Assembly: GCA_040437565.1 (NCBI GenBank)
Contig: JBDOQK010000034.1
Coordinates: forward strand, 356,998 to 376,997
Length of the DNA stretch: 20,000 nt
Direction: 5' to 3'
Source: Albugo candida
Taxonomy: Eukaryota
The notes under the pieces are model-generated. The model did not search any database. It saw nothing but the letters and a program-made list of their open reading frames with translations, and had not been told where the DNA came from. The position numbers and the translations under genes were made by a program. Positions 11,729 through 20,000 of this stretch are shown in pieces. The stretch's first letter is position 1, and every line of letters begins with the position of its first letter.

Positions 11729-13837
11729 TCAAACATATCCAATATCATGCTGCAAGGCAGTTAGGTCCATCAGGATGGAGTTCGGCACACGTCGGTGCGA
11801 ACGGTGTTTCTTGACCGCATATTTTGCGGCTTTACCGCTTAATCGTTTGCGATAACCTTCCATGCATCGTCGTGCCTTTCGGTAGTGGTGACGTATCTCA
11901 TCCAGAGTTACCGATTTTTATGCCTTCAAGATTATATCTTTCAATCCAACCCAGGAATAATTGCAATTCTTGCGAGCGTATCGTTTGGCAGCACCCAAAA
12001 CTTCGTAATAAAATTAAGCTAGCAATGGGTAAAATACAATCATTTCGCCAGAACTCGCATTGAGTTTCTCCAGCATGCGCTTCTGTTGCAGGAAATCGGG
12101 CTGGTTCCGGTAATTTTTCATCCGTAGCAGTTTTGTAACATCGGAGGAGACTTTCCACGGCAGTCAAGTGTCTTTCCTGCACGCCAGACCGCGTTCCTCA
12201 AGAATAATTTTGATGTCTTTGGGTTTCCACGAAGTTTTTCGTCTACATAATTCTTTCGGAAATTCATCTCCCGATGAAATCCATCGCCCCAGACTGTCGA
12301 CCGCATGGGGGGGGCAGTTTCCACCAAGAATAAGGCTCATTCGATTTGCACGGAGAGCTTTGTCGGAAAAGGAAGCATGGCTTGTGGCCTTATCAAAGAG
12401 AAAGGGTGCTGGCATGTCTGAAAATTGAGCTTCAAATATAGGTATGACTCGATCGCGACTTGATTATACAGGTCCTTTGATTCCCATCAGCCATCGTGCT
12501 AGACACCAGGGTGCATGATAACAGGTGCTTCTTCAGGCAGCGCAGGAAACCGAGCTCATTTTTCTTTATCCAATGCGAGACGTCTTGAAATTGGTCACAA
12601 GAATTCTCTAACATGAATACTTCTTCCTTGAACTTTTTTACGCAATGACTGTTCACCATCCGGCGGCCAAAGGCGTTTCAAACCATCATTGGCGGAGAAC
12701 ATGCTTTCGTCATGGGTAATTAAAAGAAGTGGTAGAACGTTGGCTGATGGCCAAATTATTTCTCCTTCGCGATCTTCCGCTTGCGGTGGGATGATAGGTA
12801 TCCGAGGTGCTAGCTCCTCTTTTTTGTCGAGAAATTCATGGCGGTTTTTAAGGACGTCTCCCCTTTCATGCCCATCAACATAGATTCCCTTTTGAACCTC
12901 ACGGTACTTGATATTCAAGTCATTTAGCCAGCGCATCATTGTTCTCTCAGATATTGGTGGCGAAGGATCATAGCCCAATCTCACAAGGATCTTAGTATTC
13001 GTAGTTCTGTCAAAGCAGCGAGTTCTACCTTGAACTTGATTTCACGAAGGTACTGTTGCAAAGGAAGAATACAATCTTCATCATGAAGGAAGCTTCTTCG
13101 TTTGGCATGCTTTCCTTGCATCAATTCAGGAAGAGAACCATTCTTCGGGAAGGCCCAAGTACGAATAAATATTTCTTACTATAATTACTTTCCAGCTGCA
13201 TCCGCGATAAGGGAGCTGGCGGCCATCCTTCTCCTTCCGCATTTTATCAAGGGAAAGTATGCAAGTATTGCAGAGGCACGCGCACACGCCGCATGCTTTT
13301 TCATTTTCCCTTCTGTGCCGGGTTGGTGATTTTTTTTTCTCAATTACCATGCTGAGAGCCACGTCTGACCACAAACCGCTATGTACATCGCCATTCTTAT
13401 CGCTGTGAGCTTTATCATCCGCTTCGCTTGCCGCATCAATTTCATCCGCTCCAACAACTTCCATAGCCGTTGCCTTCGGCAGCGAGTACGATGTCAATGG
13501 TTCCGAGCCTGCTTCAGAATTCTTCAGCATCGAGTTCTTGCGCCTGCGTGTATGCAACGAGTTCCAATAAAGCGTATGGGGAGACTGCCGTTGACCAGAA
13601 TTAGAATAACAGCTCTTTCTATGTTGCTAATGACTATGTCAGCATCTTCGACGCCATTTTCTTTTTCGTTTTTACTGTCAAATTCACTAGCTGTTTGAGA
13701 ATGATAATTGCTGTTCAGGCAAATCGTTTTACCATTTCGTCCATGACCCTTCTCATCTGCTCCAAGTTTTTCGCTCTTATTTTCCGTAGCTGCCTTTCTG
13801 CACGTTAGTGCTTCGTTTGCTTTATAAGACGTGGCAT
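11729..13837 (-). pseudogene. IS630/Tc1-type DDE transposase pseudogene with long D-E spacer
   Basis: Probable start MPRLIKQ (13837); N-terminal region RMAASSLIADAAGK...IRTWAFPKNGSLPELMQGKH and ISERTMMRWLNDL; KGIYVDGHERGDV; D1 in THDESMFSAND; D2 in LFDKATSH; NQPDFLQQK; degenerate YP..C*LNFI(E)..GAAKRYARKNC; C-terminus RKARRCMEGYRKRLSGKAAKYAVKKHRSHRRVP; stop at 11729. Confidence 0.88.
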
Positions 13838-13987
13838 GGTTGATTTAGAGTGTCGGACTTTGACATTTATTTTACTGATGACAATCCCAAGAATTCACCA
13901 CTTATGTCCATTATGGTTATTTTTCGTGAGTTTTGGTCCCAATTTGAAGTCCTGAAAAAAATCTATAAATAGATTTATTATAATCTA

Positions 13988-14950
13988 GGGTGCTGCTATC
14001 CGGACACCTCTCTCTGCTAACAGGACACCCACATCTGCTAACGGGACACCCCCCTCTGCTAACGGGACACCCCCTTCTCACATATGTTTTATATATTTCA
14101 ATAACCCCCCCTATTTAGGTCAATAAATAGATTACATATTATTGCGCGACACATCGTGAACGGAAACCCCTTAGCCTATACTACACATATGTGCTACATG
14201 ACCACGGCCTCTTCTCCACCGTAACGTCTTCTTGTTGGAAAATGGTCGATTTGTGTGCCACGCGCCATTGAAATAGTTCAACCAGGGGCGACTGTCCGTT
14301 ACTATGACGTCATTAAACGTTCGTTCTTTTTGAAATAGTGCGCGATGTTATAAGCCAACAGAATTCATGCATGCGGGGTTGTCTTAAGATTCCTTTGATA
14401 CTTTCTAACCGACATCTGCAAGTTTTTTCACACTTATCCCATCACAATGACAATTACCAATAGCGAAAAAAATGCGAAAGTGCAAGAAAAGGGCGTTAAG
14501 GTAAGCCACAATGACGTGTATGATTTCTTCGTACCGAATTTTTGAGCTTTTGGGTTGATAGCGATTCCACCGACGATGTCCCACTTGCCAAGAATTCCGT
14601 GCGGAAATGTTGGCCCAGCTGAGAGCCTTGAAATGAAATTGAGGAGATAGTTATGAGCAGGTGGGAATTAGGAGTATACAGGCTATGGAGAATTTGATCC
14701 GTCGCTCTTCTTTTAATGATAACCTTTCCCATTCATTCAAAACCTTTAAAACCAATCAGTAATTCAACGATAGATTCAGCAGTCATAGCATTTTATTGAT
14801 CAAATTATGCGTCGATCGGAATCCTTGTCAACGCATCTCCCTTTGCCAAAACGGAAACGCCAAACACAGCACATGAACAAAGCAAAACATCAAAAGGTAT
14901 TGACTCATATTTGAATATGGGAGGCGGGGGGTGTCCGGATAGCAGCTCCC
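13988..14950 (+). mobile_element. Non-autonomous MULE copy B (963 bp, internal-deletion derivative of the copy A family, inverted relative to A)
   Basis: Termini GGGTGCTGCTATCCGGACACC and GGTGTCCGGATAGCAGCTCCC; exact 8-bp TSD ATAATCTA (13980-13987, 14951-14958). 13988-14352 matches the reverse complement of A's right end (11319-11663) and 14349-14950 matches the reverse complement of A's left end (7974-8578). Confidence 0.92.
13993..14076 (+). repeat. 4 x 21-bp subterminal tandem repeat of the MULE terminal motif
   Basis: CTGCTATCCGGACACCTCTCT / CTGCTAACAGGACACCCACAT / CTGCTAACGGGACACCCCCCT / CTGCTAACGGGACACCCCCTT. Confidence 0.95.
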
Positions 14951-15009
14951 ATAATCTATTGTATTTGACTGCACAAAAAAGGGTATGGTTATAAGTGTCT
15001 TGCACTATA

Positions 15010-15862
15010 CCTACCTCTGCAATGGAGATTTGTAATAAGCACAGTGCTGGTCGTGGCTGACATATCGATTCTACCTACAAAACCAACAGATATGGGCTCC
15101 ACCTCCTCCATATAATTGGCATCACAGCAACAAATAGCACCTTCACATTTGTATGCTGCTATATGAAGAACGAGACTTCGGCAGACTACTTATGGGAAAT
15201 GCGCCATGTTGAAGAAAGTTTTGGAAGATACGGCCTACAGCATGCAGCACTCATCTTTGTCACTGATCGAAAGCTTGCGCTGCTGAGAGCGCTTTCAGTG
15301 ACGTTTCCTAATGCATCTTGCTTGCCTGTTTTGACGCTGACATACCAGCAGGAGCATTGTTGCCAAGCAAAGAGAAGAATTTTTAACCTCAGAAGCCTGG
15401 CAAAAATCTAACCAAGCGTGGAACCAACTTGTTGCCACCACATCTATTACAGATATTTAGAATCAACTTTCAAAAATGTATGCCACCTTACCTGCAGATT
15501 CGATGAGCTACCTTGAGACAACTTAGTTGGTTTACAAAGAGCGGTTTGTTGCTGCTTTACTGCATAATAAGCGTCATTATGGGCATGTAACAGCATTCCG
15601 GATGGAGAGCGCCCATGCTGCCCTCCAAAAATGGATCTCTGTGTCAACAGGTAATTTGTNNNNNNNNNNNNNNNNNNNNNNNNNNNNNNNNNNNNNNNNN
15701 NNNNNNNNNNNNNNNNNNNNNNNNNNNNNNNNNNNNNNNNNNNNNNNNNNNNNNNNNNNGAAGTTTGAGCATGTTAGCGCTGCCTTGGTTGCTCCTGTGC
15801 ATCGCCGAAGATGTCTGAAATGCCAAAAGACAGGCCACATGGCCAGAACCTGCCTTCAATAA
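15010..15862 (+). pseudogene. MULE transposase pseudogene (copy C) with C-terminal CCHC zinc knuckle
   Basis: PTSAMEIC...HIDSTYKTNRYGLHLLHIIG; FVTDRKLALLRALSVTFPNA; YKERFVAA..HYGHVTAFRMESAHAALQKWISVSTGNL; gap 15660-15759; RRCLKCQKTGHMARTC. Confidence 0.88.
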
Positions 15863-16067
15863 GCAACATAAGCACCAACAGCACTAACAACGCCAGCAAC
15901 ACCTGCAGCAGTAGATTAAATATAGATATGGAGAAAGTCGGACAAAATTGCAGAAATCGAAGTTTTTTTTTGATTTTATAGTATTTAATCCGTTGCATCT
16001 ACTCAGACCAATCAGAGGCCACGCTTTATAATAATTTATGAAGGGTGGGGGATGAATAACAATTCCC
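15010..16067 (+). mobile_element. MULE copy C, 5'-truncated at the Tc1-type TIR, right terminus retained
   Basis: Transposase remnant followed by a terminus ...GGGGGATGAATAACAATTCCC (16067), similar in pattern to the other MULE ends. Confidence 0.75.
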
Positions 16068-16107
16068 ATTGTGTAGAAGTGTGTGTAGCGTGAATCAAAA
16101 GGAAATG

Positions 16108-16222
16108 AAAAGGGAGTGCGTATAACAATTTCCTAAATATAAATAAAAAGTATACATGGTATAATTATGTGTGCCACCTAAGGGAGCAAATGTGACCAAA
16201 TAGGGAGTAAATAGTAATTCCC
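16108..16222. repeat. Two additional MULE-like right-terminus motifs
   Basis: AAAAGGGAGTGCGTATAACAATTTCC (ends 16133) and GGGAGTAAATAGTAATTCCC (ends 16222); their reverse complements resemble GGGAATTGTTATTCATCCCCC (16067 end) and GGGAGTTGTTTTATTCACCCCCTTTT (17918). Confidence 0.45.
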
Positions 16223-16700
16223 GTTAAGAATTGTAGGGAAATGCGTCGAGCTCGGTAAAATTTTGAGAACAACGCGCATACGAGGAGCCTTAGGAAAACG
16301 TGTAGGATTAAATCCGGAATCAAGCGAATCAGGTGTCGAAATTCCTGACGAAGCTTAAACTTCTCGCTCGAGTCATGCTTTCACCAACTCATTTGCCTCA
16401 TTTTTTTGCATCCTTGAGAAGCCCTTTTCATACATTTAAGATTGATCAAAACAGCGAAAAAGTCATGTTTTCGTTCCCTGCCTTGGCTTTTTGACCTGAT
16501 TTTAAGGTGTAGCAAACCTAAGTTCGTCCTGATACAATAAAATTATATAGGTTTTCTGTAGTTGCCGTTAGGCTCGAAATTGTGCCAAATATGGAACACT
16601 CTCGCAAGTAGCACACTCACATCCTATGGGTTATCTATCCTTGTATATTTGAGTGCTCATTATTCGATTCGCTTTCGACTTCACATTCCTGACTGGACGA

Positions 16701-17795
16701 ATGGAGAAAAATGCATCATACTGCTTTCAATGGATAGGGATCATCGCATTCTTGATGATCAATTCGATTCGGCAGCTGGATAAGAGCGACAACGACAAGA
16801 AAACGGTGATAGACGATGATGGAAGAGATCAGTAGTGGTGGCGATGGAGGTCGCAACACGCGCTTGTAAAGGTAGCAGCGATAACAATACACGCGAAAGG
16901 GATAAATAGTGCGAAGCTTACAGGATCTTTAGCGGGAAACCAACGCTTTCACTCCGCAATAAAATAATAGCGGCAGCGGCGTTTCATTGGTTTGAGGATA
17001 ATGTGAAGAAGGAGGGTAAAAGCAATACGTGCAGTTCTGATCTATATAGTAAATTGAAATGTTTTGGCGTGTGGGCGTACATAGACGTGACCCAGGATCA
17101 TAAAGTGGAAAAGATAGATTTGTTGGACATTTTACTCAAGTTACCGGCTCTATCGGAAGAGCTATTCACGTCGTCAAGCGTTGGAACTTCCACTTCTACT
17201 GGAAGTGAGCAGCGTGGGGTACAGAAAGATACTGTAACCAATGGGCTTCTTTCACTCGGCGATCATCTAGAAAAGTACCATACAAAACACATGGATATAA
17301 AATCCCTATCAGCACACGACACTTCCACAGCCATCGGATTGGTCATCTGCGACTACTTGCGATACTATCAACTCCAGTAACAATAAGAAGAGGAGAAAAC
17401 AGAACTGGCAACACTAAGTGTGAAATCGAGTTCTCTCGGTCCAAGTCGGTAGCACAGAACAAATAATGATCCATCAAATACATTCCCTTCTTGAGCGAAT
17501 ATACGATTTCTCCGATTATTGCGAAGCAGAATACAACATTATAAAGTGGTTTCTAGAGTCCAAAGCTTTGCTAAAGACCTCTAGTCTCGATGCAGTGACA
17601 CGACCTCTTACAATGGCAAGTGCTATAATATCGTCGCCAGTTTCGATCCAAAGCTGCCTTCACAACATGCCATACTTCTCATCTTACATGTACTCTTTTA
17701 GCTTCATTGCCTTCCCAAATAAAGATTCTTTATGCCTCTACGAGCTGAACAAGGATCGGTGCAGTGCGAGGGGAGGCTGTGAGACAACGCTATAA
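16701..17795 (+). pseudogene. Possible decayed non-TE gene, perhaps a secreted protein
   Basis: ATG 16701 gives MEKNASYCFQWIGIIAFLMINSIRQL (hydrophobic core) then an acidic DKSDNDKKTVIDDDG stretch, followed by same-strand open stretches ~16911-17380 and 17466-17795 broken by stops/frameshifts. No TE motif or known domain recognised. Confidence 0.3.
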
Positions 17796-17917
17796 AATGA
17801 GAACCTGGGTGCGTACATTATCGACTGGTAATGCTCTATCTCGCATACATAAAAAAGGCATATATAGGGAGCTCGCTATACTCTTAAAAAAGGATTCACG
17901 CACTTATGCTAAATTTA

Positions 17918-19720
17918 GGGAGTTGTTTTATTCACCCCCTTTTAAGTCACGTGGCAAACATTATTATACATTCAATTGATTTTTGAGCACTTGGGATAAA
18001 ATTTGTAGAAGGCCCTTAGTTTGCTTTATTAGCTAGTCTAAGCCTCCTCGTACTGGAGACCCACATCCATTGTTTTATTGTCCAATGACTGCACATTGAT
18101 CAGACTGACGTGTTCCACACTAGTTGGAGTACACCAGCTTCAACATTATTTGCCAGTGCAATTGAGGCATCTAATTTCGATGACGACACCGATGCTGATC
18201 CAATCGCGTCTATTTACGAATGTTCCCAGACTGACATCGATTCCGCGGCGCCTAGCATTTCCGGTTAGCAAGGATTTATTATGGTATGCCGTTTCTTGAC
18301 TTTACTCACCGGAACAGTCGACCGAAGGGCGAATACGTCTGCTGTGGCCCATTCATCTACATTCCCCATATCTCCGATTTCCTGCGCGAACTTTCTCGTG
18401 TTCGATCCGGGATGCGTCTTGCTTCGTGCTGTTCATTGGGAGATTTTTTGCGCCGACTTGTGTTCCGCGGGGTTGTGAATTCAAAAACCGCGGTTTGAAC
18501 TGGACAACAGTTCTCTGGCTATTGAGCAACTTTGCGGCATTCGAAATCGCCTTCTCTTGTTCTGTTGCCGGGGAATGTTGATGTGCGCCCGAATCAATTC
18601 CCATTGATCTTCAAAATTCTTTTCCTCTGCCTGTTTGATTTGTTCGCAACAAGTTAGTGAACCAGAAAGGATCAAATTCTAGAAAGATTCACGGCTCTTA
18701 CATCTGTTGAGTTCCATTCCAGGTGCCATTGCGCGTGAAATTTAAAACGGTCAATGTATTCCGATGTTTAACGATGGCCGCGAGCTCATGTGCACAAGAA
18801 ATTTCCATTGCCGATGAATAGTATCCGGTGCACGGACGAATTCTTGCCCGATTTTTCCATGCTGTACAAGACATTTTTTTTTAATGCGAATAAAGATTTT
18901 TTTTGATACCGAGGAGAATATTCCTAGAGGTTCCAGGAAATGCTGCATCTTTTCCTCGCTTCTCCGACTTCACTCTAATTTGATCTGATGATTAAACGCA
19001 ATTGCCAGCTTGCTGAGCACCGATAATAAATCTCCCGTCGAGACTTGTGGGAACTTCTTTACGTACGCATGGGCTCCTTCTGCCCGCGAAGACGCCATTT
19101 TTTACAAAATGTGGATGCCGTGAAGTCCAAGCGTTCACGAATCGTTTCTTGTCGACGAGCCAAGTAGTCGTCACGTACTCGAGTGCCTCATTTCTCCGAG
19201 AGACGTTCTGAGAGCTTAGCAAGCTGCTCATTATATTCTTCCGTCAGAGAAGACACCAAAACGTTCCACATTTACAGAAACTCGTATAAGTTTTCCTGCG
19301 CTGTGTACAGCATCTTGCAATTTGCATCGATATTTTTATCGATATGCCAAATGCAGAGCAGATTCGAGGACGCAGGGAGAACTTGTGCGATGGCCGCTAT
19401 AAGGGCCAGTTCCCGATCTGCGATGATAACCTTTGGAGCAGATCCATTTTTCCAAACTGTTGACACTTTCGACGTTCTCCACGCATGATTCTTCCGTTTT
19501 CTCACCGGCAAGGGAGCAGAAAGATACGTGGACGTCGTATTGAACGCGACCTTTCCGATCATGTGAAGAAGCATGGATCGGTAGTGGTTTGTTTTATACG
19601 TGCAAAAACTTCATGTATCCGTTCATTAGCTTCACGCTACCAAGATGCTCGAAAAACGAGCCAATGACGTTTCCGACTTCATTTGCTTTAATATGCTGCA
19701 CAAAGGCACTGCGTCGAAGA
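17918..19720 (-). mobile_element. MULE copy D, one terminus at 17918, transposase 5' part truncated near the ~680-bp repeat
   Basis: Terminus GGGAGTTGTTTTATTCACCCCCTTTT at 17918 plus - strand transposase remnant. Confidence 0.75.
18300..19700 (-). pseudogene. MULE transposase pseudogene (copy D)
   Basis: GNVIGSFFEHLGSVKL, CTYKTNHY, KVIIADRELALIAAIAQVLPASSNLLCIWHIDKNI, EYVTTTWLVDKKRFVNAWTSRHPHF, SSRAEGAHAYVKKF..VSTGDL, SWIM-like PCTG...CAHEL, PRGTQVGAKN..STKQDASRIEH, degenerate knuckle RRYGECR*MGHSRR. Confidence 0.9.
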
Positions 19721-19734
19721 TCATCGAAAAGGAC

Positions 19735-20000
19735 TTCTGGGGAATCTCTCTTATGAGAAAAAACCTTTAATTCTCATGTTGGCCTTTTTTCGTACTGCTT
19801 TGCGAGGCTTTTATTCAGAGACAGGAGACGAGTAAGAGAAAACTACGAGAGAATGAGCAAGCATGTAGGATATGTGAACCGGATCAAACGATGCTACGTT
19901 ATATCTTGCAACGTGTCGTAAATAATTCATAGAATGAGGTGCATGAGGTAGCTTCGCATTGAAAAATAGTATGAAAAGTTCCAAGACTAATGCAAAATGA
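19735..20000 (-). repeat. Unclassified ~680-bp repeat, copy 3 (inverted, partial, runs to the window edge)
   Basis: Reverse complement TCATTTTGCATTAGTCTTGGAACTTTT...CGAAGCTACCTCAT...TTTACGACACGTT...GCCTCGCAAAGCAGTACGA aligns with 3183-3440. Confidence 0.85.

Larger units (their letters stand above)
7754..15007 (-). mobile_element. IS630/Tc1/mariner-superfamily DNA transposon (~2.6 kb after removing two nested MULEs)
   Basis: Left TA|CAGTGCAAGACACTTAT (7754-7770) and right ATAAGTGTCTTGCACTA|TA (14991-15007): 16/17 inverted match, an AACCATA motif just inside both ends, TA on both flanks and a CAGTG terminus typical of Tc1. Contains the transposase remnant at 11729-13837. Confidence 0.85.

Noticed and set aside
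908..12314. Scattered poly-G/C runs (~908, 5686, 7011, 11636, 12306) as programmed frameshift or G-quadruplex signals
   Set aside because: They occur in unrelated dead elements and are adequately explained by slippage or sequencing error.
13993..14076. CRISPR-like or iteron-like array
   Set aside because: The units are contiguous with no unique spacers, there are no cas or rep genes, the context is eukaryotic TE sequence, and the repeat is the MULE terminal motif.
11319..14352. Long TIRs belonging to the Tc1-type transposase
   Set aside because: The terminal motifs sit at the inner ends and belong to MULE A and B, each with its own TSD. The Tc1-type TIRs are at 7754 and 15007.
8228..14732. 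Two homologous small ORFs (MGKVI...LYTPNSHLLIT, 8228-8449 + and 14496-14732 -) as a novel gene pair
   Set aside because: Both lie in the shared subterminal segment of MULE A and B and diverge by frameshift at the 3' end. Similarity is explained by the repeat, with no evidence of coding selection.
15863..15912. CAG/CAA-rich low-complexity repeat
   Set aside because: Short degenerate tract just after the MULE C stop codon with no independent structure.
16134..17917. TAAATATA / TAAATTTA as a TSD defining an element around the candidate gene
   Set aside because: The adjacent termini face away from the island, which is the wrong geometry for a Pack-MULE, and a 7/8 match of AT-rich 8-mers is plausible from target preference alone.

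Overview
Eukaryotic, probably oomycete (inferred from the TE protein motifs and the LTR/PBS style), repeat-dense scaffold segment with four 100-N gaps and no intact protein-coding gene. Left to right it holds: decayed Ty3/Gypsy remnants (- strand); an unclassified ~680-bp repeat (two tandem copies, plus an inverted copy at the window end); a 3'-truncated Ty1/Copia element (5' LTR, PBS, gag-PR-IN-RT); and an IS630/Tc1/mariner-type DNA transposon (TA|CAGTGCAAGACACTTAT TIRs at 7754 and 15007). The Tc1-type element carries two nested, oppositely oriented Mutator-like (MULE) insertions: a 3.7-kb transposase-bearing copy and a 963-bp internally deleted copy with an exact 8-bp TSD. Further right are two more MULE remnants, a cluster of MULE-like termini, and a possible decayed secreted-protein gene at 16.7-17.8 kb. 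The most notable structures are the reconstructable nesting, the mismatched flanks of the Tc1-type element (Copia RT on the left, MULE transposase on the right), its ~130-codon D...E catalytic spacer, and a perfect 19-bp hairpin in the MULE FAR1-domain coding sequence. I found no evidence for a new host system.
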